NCBI GenBank assembly: GCA_944384535.1
Contig: CALWTS010000041.1
Coordinates: 10,399-74,398, forward strand
DNA from: an uncultured Clostridia bacterium
GTDB taxonomy: Bacteria; Bacillota; Clostridia; Christensenellales; UBA1242
Length of the DNA: 64,000 nt
Direction of reading: 5' to 3'
The translations under genes were made by a program, and so were the position numbers. Below the pieces are notes generated by a model. That model searched no databases and was not told the DNA's origin. It was given only the letters and a program-made list of their open reading frames with translations. Below, piece after piece: positions 12,001 through 18,686 of this stretch (the stretch's first letter is position 1; every line of letters starts with the position of its first letter).

Positions 12001-12370
12001 CAATGTCAGCTTTTAGAGAAAAAATATAATCAGGTGAAGTCTTTCCATTATTAACTAAATATGCCACATAAGCAAGATCTACTTCATTATTAACTTGATA
12101 AACAGTTTTATTTCCCCCATTTATTTTAATACTTTCTGTTTTAAGACTCATAGAAGAAACATTAACCAAAGCATCACTCCACATTTTTTCAGATAAAGTA
12201 TCAGCAGAAACAATTTCTGAATCACTTAACTGAGAAACAGTTAACAATTTTTGATTACTTTGCGCCTCGCTTGTCTTTTTAAAATTTAGACTAGAAACTA
12301 AACAAAAAACTCCTATAGTCATAATCATAAGAGCAAATATGTATAATCCATTTACCAATCTTCTAAACAT
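1..12370 (-). CDS. giant secreted/cell-surface adhesin-like protein; start inside the window, 3' end lies beyond position 1 (4123 codons visible)
   Basis: Absent from the supplied track. ATG is the complement of 12368-12370. AAGGAG (complement of 12378-12383) lies 7 nt upstream, and an in-frame TAA (12383-12385) fixes the start. I split every 60-nt line into this frame (plus-strand codons at 2-4, 5-7, ...) and found no tta/cta/tca triplet down to position 2. N-terminus MFRRLVNGLYIFALMIMTIGVFCLVSSLNFKKTSEAQS has a basic n-region plus hydrophobic core. The other five frames are closed (longest listed ORF 79 aa). Confidence 0.9.
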   Translation of the reverse strand, partial: MFRRLVNGLYIFALMIMTIGVFCLVSSLNFKKTSEAQSNQKLLTVSQLSDSEIVSADTLSEKMWSDALVNVSSMSLKTESIKINGGNKTVYQVNNEVDLAYVAYLVNNGKTSPDYIFSLKADIDLSGALWTPIGTSSNTSSNTSSNPFNGTFIGNGYTIKNVNTADIVIDSSSNSVGLFGYVSGTITDVILDGTFYASTNKNNVGSLMGTLAKGGIVINCYDFTTSKSKYDGTSTSSVKSIGNIKGQVYTGDGYIKNNTFTTEKVTDSTKIKGKDSSLTVGYVHISNNGVFYKEGEKWYEEKFVRFCFNGKNVADINNANAYLYHNKMITLRENAGNDDVYPLLQGIKYSIPSAEKVVGAEDKCYILGAELTKIEVTFDFQYGGRVTEVSMQYDQTFKNFLDNNQYLIKRVGYDFEGLYSDAKFSGEKYDVNGNTYNKAYPTDGCTVYPKFIAQGNFSYNVYLAMAEDEKSNYKTSQDMLSSAVSTYPNGLTVNATEQRYGIKTPAKQNTSTFTITLKNGFGIDLATSESSNDIIRNKENSAGDEYNLFCANKASGLYVKFTNSTGIDPNYNYNNDRNNDSYLPVSISGKKNGNTYTITVKDIVGKAGEVYIVIKRTELTNDLKPIFVDNEIKYEWYVKKNGSYTLLGSETKFKLYETYNLKLVVTGDGAVLNPLKDTNFTTSGGVNITASPDTNLLIPTLDKNNPYYTGYFYNLTTSNETFSTNGIRLKPLIGALKSKVYVKLINENGETININGGNPQYANLGIAINDDSEKKNYIANTSALFPYKTTISSTTADQVYAKNNGYYQAVAVMIGSVTIDGSWENDIFTASSIFVNKIYDGTDNSVINIIVKFQRRSYNLNISFEISDNIVDAHSVLYDFIVNGEKNNSIISIESGYTYKIEINLTQAGKGILYGVNALSSTIVDEDSNASAGYQKSSMKIITEESKVSEGKWVFEVKMGTFNSTATFHFNFKKLTINVNQLYLGNSNGEVNGRLIDLSALQNITGSATFSYDTTNKAVKISGNLGSINIDSQYYLLGWYLKGGTTVTTGNYGNYLTDSSIINDIIQVGTRDVNSKEIIYSNVAAYVVKRTVDVHLNSGDKENGKIYYNGNFVDNTQDKVFATVTYAQTIKLSPIYSNLGYTFAEWLTSWTTEGNGYSADSNFTIQGENWYSLFRGSPTESWNSFAGDEKSKKASITLTATWEIITYTIRIDDYVSMNIEIGQTILMNVTESDKDGKASYTINKITKNGKSVLGYVAKKANIYSIGYDGSDDNNPITSFTTGNTNIFKFSVENLDIVKQILTSGYYFTANNNDPIILKTYREAASYRIYINSSTNKYYSVIWNGENNAYGGEENGKVYINVTYNTKPINIQNAVNGKNLIITRDGYNPDYSQWKKTDSSILSVNNPFTSTADINVTPIWVFNKQSTTADLSWTEGVNSVRSFYLFNNHDILNGLMSGVNVGDKTQPSADDILTNGEQILSFGYSVTFNSETKNYNGLTLNISNFSQEGQYKVVFFINIKDTLSSATYTAISTSFVEFTMVKNEIVYFDNDIHSYYNGTQEFVKVEETNNFGSFLFKYDWNGDNLYEGNITKIDKVENAFKDFSIYQVDNDYNVGQNKSLKVYINDSNIVWSGYGQNYKNLFSNVEKDENGYYSFINNDSDSSISVEKAKFTIKFKPGSAYYFDGVTTIVYKNSSNIQFGVGSQTFTYTYNQITLYPNAQPGIYSGKENNIEDSKNFIVEGLSIVGHEQDLYSNFEWNISKSSTFELLNSNNAVKYNYYSKYLLASEGKLIETLAESYEGYMETLTVENVVVNDSSILIENDSQFTYKYQEQVLFSFVNNNSSHLIIYINNDVRKTINNLYFDIKVNISTTRSEKLSLLAWGDNLNASYYDSYLDSAFTASNPLTSTIQSNSSDQNIYAVLTDVVKINLDYNGGTRDGKSAETIYLGVMNGVYDVSNPTHSYSGLSFNNYSSPKTGNIVVSSSEGKNTFTTQKGGQAETLKAAWLFNQVDATQIKNKLTKKASTTGFDLTVDEFVNILYPDKTTSKVLTLNHDSLNFTYNSSSNSFFIKNESGMATTDMTGDYKFVVSVTYNDGVYSPQTQVFECTLNLTIQINTIGISTQNSNLIFNNSNQNGNVIVQLWLNGKENGTAILATLPTTDNSNSGKGFFITISSTKSYNVLNKVDTYIISATIDSLLTKVYELESGRENFNVQISQYIINLADYNDKITPSKVFGTEDPNPISATIIIEENLKDEVKLEFTRDTTTQGWQSIGLHILTFSQLTYVDDRQNYTVNTDGFESYFEIKVPESKLQVDLKGKLSYIYNGYSLNNLTVSYNGLNYTLKGTAGTQEVTVGFDLYYMSGNNTIQIPQDQKDLYATYLTFSSLDVNKFAGIYNLNVALSTSAQGGWSGVEFVNHDNAKIIVNQKMLTITNAVKVFDQTNSFVYNNINNFNNTIELTVEGIITVDTPDEIQISGQIGSALAGEQEFTSFVIDQVGAYSNYTLQLAENLKVLVKPSTEDISLSSSVSAVQYGIITNTTDITQLNTIIPLLYNGGQINNTYITAVSYDITDKLYSLGGNYLNVNKSWSFVYNLSSKNYTFGQTIESDLGHVYNTQLTIIVEITPISITISNASGKVITKEYDGNNNVLETFVKQNINANNGYYTSDGILARDIIYVESGTYNDKTIGNNKEITLTLSGANINYTVTQIVKGNITSINLTFHKELDTKNWVNDGIDTFGNDGDLVLTYDGDLVKLINNLLAESSFATRIGYKQTGWTYDNISLSDISFDKDSFLQHAVDAAHLNSSITINAIWDIEKYTVDVIHNDTISISHNDLDLSKQITINYWDSIENISVTTKEGYTFEEIGLENENNVKQLIVNGNTTNTGAFSLINIIGNIKATVISEEITVKIIISYNEPEKFNVDTNSKGWTGGIKERIVSYSELSSTDLPELYVTTPNTYDFDKWQVEGFGNSTGAQGTTTIWERIKEKGFDFIDDDEEKGYTFVAQWKVAKLTLTLISSSNINVSLYKDSALGQKIVSLNNVYDIYYNDTIYVKLDGQDWYKWSNTIINGSVVSISGDINASNQATNTTNGSFTLNTIHSSLTVTILTEVINVTFETSYDQPIGASINEKSGDISGVYNKNFEKDLLGDLISYYTPQEGTYEQDYWVYSDKQVTSEENIEQIIILLYGSIPQEDIVIELKAHFEGLIYKITFDKGTPNKDSEGHDVEAVFIGDDTGKDTVTRDWVYGSVIDDIPEVYAAGQSYSWSNGLETYILGSPFITENPSIDLTMTLIADWSSNRYNVQVSYIDENSKIIQVRVDGAEYIENAAIKTLYRTSKSFTFTLETGYEIDVNNTKILTDSSSLENEKAKIAVSGNIVTISNICGDITSQVAIKAKDYTIEIQTSSPETISQTLFDVSFDQEMISFLDSVTFDRSGYKVNTLKYGNQVFATSNNGGVNWTYSEPFVQNNIFKYDGNLVLKAYWISEENYVQAQTTPVYDLIFNGNEQVIANSIITTEKNETVTKGTIFANGDKVIDIYYKINNVRYEIQSDYSLMYRNAITDGEVYVVIELHDTLLDSTNSVTYTIQSLPIKVNIQSSNIIFADTNLETYYSGTGVFYPTDLNNYGTAHYGDLDKTAINELTFYKVVVLDETNQFDVGNNYSVKYYFTATGAFDINNYSGLVQAGSFYTYETSQVTASIKQTPITIQVSGKAFENNEKQQVVDYAISQPDYVKDFIVNISLIETNEVIANVYDKTEQFNIQGTVYKDDLIKTNNFVWVITGAYEIISQNDAYKVVVDTKYFDTVNVLDKDDVNIKIVSYIYNNGPTTMISSDRDFFNLIVGDELIFSISSNVTNNPLVQVANGKTVSFTFEVDGNMAVLDWTNNFETNSLLNTLNTLSNEGSRQFTNEFSEGSNIYSIFTDYKAILLDWGDKGGNNGYLYIKLGESKEASLGEGWTGFAFDHWQSYDSKVSIEGNLIQVSADAKITAGKITAIWVIVEPTGILNSIVKRNAKADYSALVDDINLVDVLTTGIENKNEDALSYKYQWMKADSVLFDKENGLTVPANTNSNGNDYKLLITVSRTGYTSVSKAFEFTIQIEKLQIDEVVVNQNKFTYENRSFISNLIFTFS
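11933..11980 (-). repeat. perfect 12-nt x4 in-frame tandem repeat inside the giant ORF (coding strand ACATCTTCTAAT = Thr-Ser-Ser-Asn x4)
   Basis: Read directly on the plus strand: gg[attagaagatgt]x4 acct. Confidence 0.95.
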
Positions 12371-12585
12371 AACACAACTCCTTTACATTCAAAAATAATG
12401 GTATAGCTATCGAAAGTACTTTTTCTAATTTATTATATAATATTTATGATATTAAAATCAAACAAAATTATCCATTTTTAATATTAAGAAGTTAACAAGA
12501 GTTAATATATTAAAGTTAGACAATATGGAATTAATAAGGCAATCATAACAAAAAGTAATCATAACTAAATAAAAAATATATTTCA

Positions 12586-12615
12586 TTGACATTTAGTTTT
12601 TTTTAATGCTATAAT
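12586..12615 (+). promoter_or_regulatory. sigma-A-type promoter of trpS
   Basis: TTGACA (12586-12591), 18-nt spacer, TATAAT (12610-12615), 16 nt before the ATG. Confidence 0.6.
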
Positions 12616-12631
12616 TCAAAATGGGGAAAAA

Positions 12632-13693
12632 ATGAAAGATATAATATTAACAGGTGATAGACCAACAGGAAATTTGCATTTAGGGCATTACGTAGGTTCA
12701 ATTAAAAATAGATTAAATTTTCAAAATCAATATGATTATGAAAAGTTTTATATTATGATAGCGGATACACAGGCTTTAACTGACAACCATGATAATGTAG
12801 ATAAAGTTAAAAATAATATTATTCAAGTCGCAATAGACTATATTTCTGCAGGAATTGATCCTAATAAAGTAAACATTTTTATTCAATCAATGGTTCCAGA
12901 ATTATCCGAAATTACAACTTATTTTATGAATTTAGTTTCTGTTGCAAGATTACAACGTAATCCAACAATAAAAGATGAAATAAAACAGAGGAATTTTGAT
13001 AAATCTATTCCTATTGGTTTTTTAAACTACCCTGTTTCTCAAGCGGCCGATATACTTGCTTTTCAAACAACAATTGTTCCAGTTGGTGAGGATCAATTGC
13101 CAATGATAGAACAAACTAGAGAAATTGTTAATTCATTTAATTTTACTTATAAACCAAAACAAGAGGTTTTTAAATTTCCTAAAGCTATAATTCCTGAAAA
13201 AAAGATTTGCCAAAGACTTCCTGGACTTGATGGAAAATTAAAAATGTCAAAATCAGCAGGAAATGCAATCTATTTATGTGATGACACAGAAACTGTTAAA
13301 CAAAAAATAATGTCAGCTTATACAGATCCAAATCATATTCATGTACAAGACCCTGGAAAAATCGAAGGAAATATAGTATTTTCATATTTAGATGCTTTTT
13401 GTGAAGATAGACACTTCCAACAATATCTTCCAGAATTTCAAAATTTAGAAGATTTAAAAAATAAATATAAACATGGTGGTGTTGGAGATGTAAAAATAAA
13501 ATTATTTTTATTTAAAATAATCGAAGAACTTTTAACTCCTATAAGAGAAAAAAGAAAAGAATGTTTAGAAAATATAAATGAAATCTACAAACTTTTATTT
13601 AAAAACAGTGAAGATGCTTCAAAAGATGCTCGTAAAACATTAATAAAAATGAAAGAAGCTATGGGTATAGATTATAAAAAACTATTAAAATAA
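12632..13693 (+). CDS. trpS: tryptophan--tRNA ligase
   Basis: 353 aa. Class I motifs: HIGH-type GNLHLGHY near the N-terminus and KMSKS (LKMSKSAGNAI). Confidence 0.95.
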   Translation: MKDIILTGDRPTGNLHLGHYVGSIKNRLNFQNQYDYEKFYIMIADTQALTDNHDNVDKVKNNIIQVAIDYISAGIDPNKVNIFIQSMVPELSEITTYFMNLVSVARLQRNPTIKDEIKQRNFDKSIPIGFLNYPVSQAADILAFQTTIVPVGEDQLPMIEQTREIVNSFNFTYKPKQEVFKFPKAIIPEKKICQRLPGLDGKLKMSKSAGNAIYLCDDTETVKQKIMSAYTDPNHIHVQDPGKIEGNIVFSYLDAFCEDRHFQQYLPEFQNLEDLKNKYKHGGVGDVKIKLFLFKIIEELLTPIREKRKECLENINEIYKLLFKNSEDASKDARKTLIKMKEAMGIDYKKLLK

Positions 13694-13766
13694 ATCTAAT
13701 TTGATAAAAAAATAAATAGATTATAAAAAATTGTAAAAAATAAAAAATACTTAGGAGAAAATATTT

Positions 13767-14639
13767 ATGAATGCTTTTGAAAGGTTTATTCACTTTTTTC
13801 AAACAAGTATGCCTACTCCAACTTGGTTTGGATGGTTTCATTTAATATGGCTAGTTTTAATGATTGGGATATGCAGTCTTGTTATAATCTTTAGAAAAAA
13901 AATAAGCCAAAAATCAGTAAAATATATTTTATTATCAATGAGTTGTATTTTAATATTTTTAGAAATTATAAAGCAACTTGAATATAGTTTTCATTGGGAT
14001 GAAACTACACAAACTGCTAGTTGGGATTATCAATGGTATGCTTTTCCTTTTCAATTTTGTTCAACACCAATGTATATAATGTTAATGGCTGGACTATGTA
14101 AAAAAAATCTTTTTAGAGATGCATTATACTCATATTTAGCTACTTTTGCTTTATTTGCTGGATTATGTGTAATGATATATCCTGGAGATGTATTTTGTTC
14201 AACTATATACATAAACTTTCAAACAATGATTTGGCACAGCTCAATGGTTATAATTGGTGTTCTTTTATGGGCAACAAATTCTGTAGAATATAAACATAAA
14301 ACATTTTTAAAAGCATTATGTGTTTTTGCATCAATGCTTGTAATAGCTTTATTTATGAATTTTATTTGGAAATGGTCAGGAGGATTAGAAACCGGAGAAA
14401 CATTTAACATGTTCTTTATTAGTCCTTATTATACTTGTACACTTCCTATATTATCTGAAATTTTTGTGAAAGCACATTATATTGTATTTTTACTCTGTTA
14501 CACATTAGGTTTTTGTTTAGCAGGATATATTTTTGTATTAATTCCAATGGCTATTAAATATATCAACAATAAAATTCTATTAAAAAAGCAAAATAACAAA
14601 ATAGATAATGGAATAAATCAGACAAAAGAAGAAAAATAA
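13767..14639 (+). CDS. polytopic integral membrane protein, family uncertain
   Basis: 290 aa with multiple long hydrophobic segments. AGGAG RBS sits before the ATG. Confidence 0.7.
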   Translation: MNAFERFIHFFQTSMPTPTWFGWFHLIWLVLMIGICSLVIIFRKKISQKSVKYILLSMSCILIFLEIIKQLEYSFHWDETTQTASWDYQWYAFPFQFCSTPMYIMLMAGLCKKNLFRDALYSYLATFALFAGLCVMIYPGDVFCSTIYINFQTMIWHSSMVIIGVLLWATNSVEYKHKTFLKALCVFASMLVIALFMNFIWKWSGGLETGETFNMFFISPYYTCTLPILSEIFVKAHYIVFLLCYTLGFCLAGYIFVLIPMAIKYINNKILLKKQNNKIDNGINQTKEEK

Positions 14640-14707
14640 TTTTACTCTTTTTAAAAAATCACACTTTAAAAAAAAATATTAATAGACTAGATTAGTGGAA
14701 GGAAAAA

Positions 14708-15343
14708 ATGACGAATCCAATAATAGAGTCTATTTTATTTTCTTTAGCTTTATCACTAGACTCTTTTATAACATTTTTTGGTTATGGTGCATCAAAAATT
14801 AATGTAAGAATAAAACCACTTTTACTTACAATATTAATAAATATTTTAATGTTATTATCCGGAATAATTTTAGGAAAATCATTATCTTATTTTTTAAGTG
14901 ATAATTTTTCTAAATATTTTTCCTTTTCTTTACTATTAATTGTTGGAATTATTAAATTTTTTAGTGAAATAATAAAAATGTGGCTCTCTAAAGTAGCTAA
15001 AAAAAATAATAAAATAAAAATTTCTATATTTAATTTTAATTTGTTTTTAGATGTAGTAGTAGATCCCTTAAAAGCAGATGTAGATAAAGATAAAAATTTA
15101 TCTATAAAAGAAGCTATCATAATTGGAATTATACTTTCTTTTGATAGTTTGTGTGTAGGTTTTGGAATAGGTATAGAAAATAATTTTTCTTATTTAATAA
15201 TTTTATTTTCTTTTATAACTAATTTTTCTTTTTCTGTTTTTGGAAATTATTTGGGTAAAAAAATAACAAAAAAAACAAATATAAATATTTCTTGGATAAG
15301 TGGGCTTACTTTAATTTTGTTGGCATTTTTGAAAATTATTTAA
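14708..15343 (+). CDS. MntP/YtaF-family (DUF204-like) membrane protein
   Basis: 211 aa. N-terminal FSLALSLDSF motif and a second half-repeat (ILSFDSLCVGFGIG) are typical of the MntP/YtaF two-repeat fold. Confidence 0.7.
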   Translation: MTNPIIESILFSLALSLDSFITFFGYGASKINVRIKPLLLTILINILMLLSGIILGKSLSYFLSDNFSKYFSFSLLLIVGIIKFFSEIIKMWLSKVAKKNNKIKISIFNFNLFLDVVVDPLKADVDKDKNLSIKEAIIIGIILSFDSLCVGFGIGIENNFSYLIILFSFITNFSFSVFGNYLGKKITKKTNINISWISGLTLILLAFLKII

Positions 15344-15434
15344 TTTTTTTATTTATTTTGAATTAACGTAAAAATATGATATAAATTAAATATATAAAGT
15401 TTTTATTACATAATTTTCTAAATAAGGAGAATTT

Positions 15435-17279
15435 ATGAAAAAAATATTTATAATATTTGGATTATGTTTTTGCTTATTATCAACTCTTTTTATGTTAAGT
15501 GCGTGCGGAAGTAATAGGATTACTGTGGAAAGTATAACATTTTCACAAGATGTTTATGAAATTTTTAAAGGTGGTTCAAAAAAATTAGAAATTAATCTTT
15601 TACCAGAAGATGCGAGGGGATTTTCTTTACAATGGAAAACTTCAAATCCAAAACTACTGTCAGTAGATTTAGGAGGTTATGCTCAAACTTACGACTTATA
15701 TGGTGAAGCAACTGTAACTGTTACTGAAAAATATTCTGGTGTTTCTGCATCTTGTAAAGTTATCGTTAATGATGGTTATGCTTTTAAAATTTATGCTGAT
15801 TATAGTAATATAAAAACTACATATTACGAAGGAGAAAGTTTTGATTCACAAGGACTTACTGTTTATGCTAGTTATCAAAGTGGAGTAGATAAAGTAATAC
15901 CCGCTTCTCAATACGAAATAGATGTTCCAGATGTTTTAACAAATGATACAAAAGTTAAAATTAATTACAATGATTTATCAACTGAATTTGATATTTATGT
16001 AGTTAAAGATCACATTCTTGGTTTAACAGTCTTATCACAACCTATAAAAACAACCTATTTACTAGGAGAATCTTTTGATCCTACAGGATTAGAAATAGGA
16101 TTATTATACGCAAGCGGTAAGATTGAAAATATATATGATTATGAGTATGATAACTCACCTTTAGAATATGGTACTGAAAGTATAGTTATTAAATATTTAG
16201 ATTATGAAATTGAAATTCCTATAAAGTTAAAAACTAATTACGTAATAAATAATATTTCAAACATTCAATCTGTAATTGATAATGCTGAAAATGGAACTAG
16301 TATAATGATATCAAAAGGAGAATTTAACGTTTTTGAACCAATTAGAATTCCAAAATCAAAAAATTTAACAATATTAGGTGAAAATAGTGATGTAATAATA
16401 AATAGTATTGATTCATCAATATTTGAAATAGTTAATGATACTGAAGAAAGTTGTTATTTAAAAATATTTAATATCACATTAAATTCAACTAATACAGAAA
16501 AAGCAATATTTTCACTTAATAATATAGATTCAATAAACAACCTTAATAATATAGAAATATCATTATCTCAAATTACATTTGAAATAAATACTAATGGTAA
16601 AATAATAGAATTTATTTCTAATAAAGAATTTACTACACAATATATTGAAAACATTGATTTATCACTAAATAATTGTATATTATTAAGTTCTACAACATCT
16701 GAAAGTGAAAATAATAACATTATCCATATAAGTGGTATAAATAATGGTATATTAAATATAACTGAATGTGATTTTAATAATTCAAATAACATTATATTTA
16801 TAGAAGACTCTTATAATTTTGATATAAATATTTCAAATACTATATTAAATACAATTTCTAAAGTTGTTGTATTAAATGAAATTAAAGATTGTAACATAAA
16901 TATTTTTAATAATTCATATTTAAAAGGTTTGTCATGTATAGATGTATCAAACAGCGAAAATATTGAATTAAAAATAGATAATTCATATTTAACTTCAAAT
17001 CAAAATCAAGAAGATATTTTAGAAAATATAACGGCAATTTTATTTTTAAAAGGTTGTAAAAATTTAAATATAACTATTAATAATTCAAACTTAACAACAA
17101 TGTATAAAGATGAACAAATTTATGAAAACGCTTTAAACTATATAAGTATAATAAAAGATAATGATATTAATTCAAAAAATAATGAAATCATATTAAAAAA
17201 TTGTGATATAGTATGTAATTTAAGTGAAATATATTTGATTATAGAAAATAATATTACTAGCTTTGTAACTATATGTTAA
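15435..17279 (+). CDS. surface lipoprotein: Big_2-like Ig domain, two Big_3-like Ig domains, Asn/Ile-rich beta-helix-like C-terminal half
   Basis: Lipobox LSAC at residues 21-24. ITVESITFSQ...VTVTEKYSGVSASCKVIVN resembles Big_2. Two Y.GESFD..GL.V...Y modules follow. The C-terminal half is N-rich with a periodic NI..I.N pattern. Confidence 0.75.
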   Translation: MKKIFIIFGLCFCLLSTLFMLSACGSNRITVESITFSQDVYEIFKGGSKKLEINLLPEDARGFSLQWKTSNPKLLSVDLGGYAQTYDLYGEATVTVTEKYSGVSASCKVIVNDGYAFKIYADYSNIKTTYYEGESFDSQGLTVYASYQSGVDKVIPASQYEIDVPDVLTNDTKVKINYNDLSTEFDIYVVKDHILGLTVLSQPIKTTYLLGESFDPTGLEIGLLYASGKIENIYDYEYDNSPLEYGTESIVIKYLDYEIEIPIKLKTNYVINNISNIQSVIDNAENGTSIMISKGEFNVFEPIRIPKSKNLTILGENSDVIINSIDSSIFEIVNDTEESCYLKIFNITLNSTNTEKAIFSLNNIDSINNLNNIEISLSQITFEINTNGKIIEFISNKEFTTQYIENIDLSLNNCILLSSTTSESENNNIIHISGINNGILNITECDFNNSNNIIFIEDSYNFDINISNTILNTISKVVVLNEIKDCNINIFNNSYLKGLSCIDVSNSENIELKIDNSYLTSNQNQEDILENITAILFLKGCKNLNITINNSNLTTMYKDEQIYENALNYISIIKDNDINSKNNEIILKNCDIVCNLSEIYLIIENNITSFVTIC

Positions 17280-17385
17280 ATAAATCTAAATTAATTAAAA
17301 ATAAAACAAAAACATCCAAATTTCTATTAACTTATTAATTAAAATTTAATTAAAATAAATTTTATCACTAAATTTGGAGGTTTTT

Positions 17386-17466
17386 ATGAATGTTAAAATA
17401 TTTACTAATTTAGTTTTATTTTTATCAACTATATTAGCATTAGTAACGTTTTTAATATGTCAATAA
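17386..17466 (+). CDS. 26-aa hydrophobic peptide (MNVKIFTNLVLFLSTILALVTFLICQ)
   Basis: Too short for the track. GGAGG lies 5 nt before the ATG. The ORF is followed immediately by the hairpin at 17467-17497. It forms a single predicted TM helix. Confidence 0.45.
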   Translation: MNVKIFTNLVLFLSTILALVTFLICQ

Positions 17467-17497
17467 AAAGAACAACTTTAAAGTTGTTCTTTTTTTA
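17467..17497. terminator. bidirectional hairpin between the small peptide ORF and recF
   Basis: AAAGAACAACTT - taa - AGTTGTTCTTT, with a T-run on the plus strand and an A-run on the other side. The right arm encodes the recF C-terminus. Confidence 0.6.
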
Positions 17498-18545
17498 TAT
17501 AAATTTTATTTGCTGAAATATTATCTTCAAAATCTGTACAAGTTATAATAGTTTGTGTTTTTGAAGTAAATTTTAAAAGTTTTTTTCTTCTATCTTGATC
17601 TAATTCACTAAAAACATCATCAAGAAGTAAAATTGGATATTCCCCCATTCTATTTTTAATAATTTCAAGTTCAGCAAGTTTTAATGATAAAGCAACAGTA
17701 CGTTGTTGACCTTGTGAGCCATAATTTTTAACTTCTACTCCATTTAAAAAAATATCTAAATCATCTCTATGCACACCAACAGAAGTAAAACCTAATTTAA
17801 AATCTTTTTCTAAATTTTTTTGAAGAGCTTTTATCATCTTTTTTGAATAATCTTCATCAAAACTACTGACATATTTTATCTCAATATCTTCACTATTATT
17901 TGTTATATATTTGTGTGCTAATTTTGCATAAGGAGAAAGTTCTGTTATAAATTTTTTTCTTTCAATATAAATTTTTTCAGCTAAATCACTTAATGCCCTA
18001 TCCCAAATATCTATTGTTTCTTTAATAACATTAATATCTTTTGAACTTTTTAATAATTTATTTCTATTTGCTAATACTTTTTCATATCTTCCAATTAAAT
18101 AAAAATATCTTTTGTTTGTTTGTGAAATATCAATATTTATAAATTTTCTTCTTTCATCAGGACTTTCTTTAACTAATTTTAATTCATCAGGTGAAAAAAA
18201 TACAGCATTTGCATTTTCCATTAACTCCCCTATTTTTTTTATAGAAATACCATCTATTTTAATAGATTTTTTATGATTATTATCAAAAAAAATCTCAATA
18301 ATAACATCTCTATATTTTTTTTTAAATTTTGCTTTTATAAAAGCATTTTGACAATTCCAATTAATAACTTCTTTATCTTTAGAAGTTCTAAAACTTTTTC
18401 CAATAATAGCATAAAAAATTGCTTCAAGAATATTAGTTTTTCCTTGAGCATTTTTGCCTATTATAATATTTAAATTTGGACTAAATTTAAAAGAAGCTTC
18501 CTTATAACTTCTATAATTTTTTAAAGTTATATTTTCAATATACAT
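17478..18545 (-). CDS. recF: DNA replication/repair protein RecF
   Basis: 355 aa. MYIENITLKNYRSY start, Walker A GKNAQGKTNILEAI, and C-terminal LLLDDVFSELD. Confidence 0.93.
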   Translation of the reverse strand: MYIENITLKNYRSYKEASFKFSPNLNIIIGKNAQGKTNILEAIFYAIIGKSFRTSKDKEVINWNCQNAFIKAKFKKKYRDVIIEIFFDNNHKKSIKIDGISIKKIGELMENANAVFFSPDELKLVKESPDERRKFINIDISQTNKRYFYLIGRYEKVLANRNKLLKSSKDINVIKETIDIWDRALSDLAEKIYIERKKFITELSPYAKLAHKYITNNSEDIEIKYVSSFDEDYSKKMIKALQKNLEKDFKLGFTSVGVHRDDLDIFLNGVEVKNYGSQGQQRTVALSLKLAELEIIKNRMGEYPILLLDDVFSELDQDRRKKLLKFTSKTQTIITCTDFEDNISANKIYIKKEQL

Positions 18546-18627
18546 ATTAATATATTAACACAAAAAAGATAAATTTAAAATAAATAATTTATCATTTACA
18601 AAAAATAATCTTTAAAGTCACTCATGG

Positions 18628-18656
18628 TTGACTTTTTTTTATTAGCAAGTTATAAT
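18628..18656 (+). promoter_or_regulatory. sigma-A-type promoter of dnaA
   Basis: TTGACT (18628-18633), 17-nt spacer, TATAAT (18651-18656). It lies inside the N-terminal extension proposed by the track. Confidence 0.6.
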
Positions 18657-18686
18657 TGTTGTCGTATTATATTAAGAGGTGGAAAA

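Noticed and set aside
12371-12631. An expected T-box leader upstream of trpS.
   Set aside because: A near-consensus promoter ends only 16 nt before the ATG. There is no room for a ~200-nt T-box and no specifier or antiterminator-like sequence.
18624-18686. N-terminal extensions proposed by the track for dnaA. The same issue arises for dnaN (20300), parA (30770), rbr (33179), 35078, 53553, 58448 and 61178.
   Set aside because: The extensions start at alternative or RBS-less codons and add non-conserved residues. In several cases they overlap promoter hexamers. Downstream ATGs with good Shine-Dalgarno sequences give canonical N-termini.
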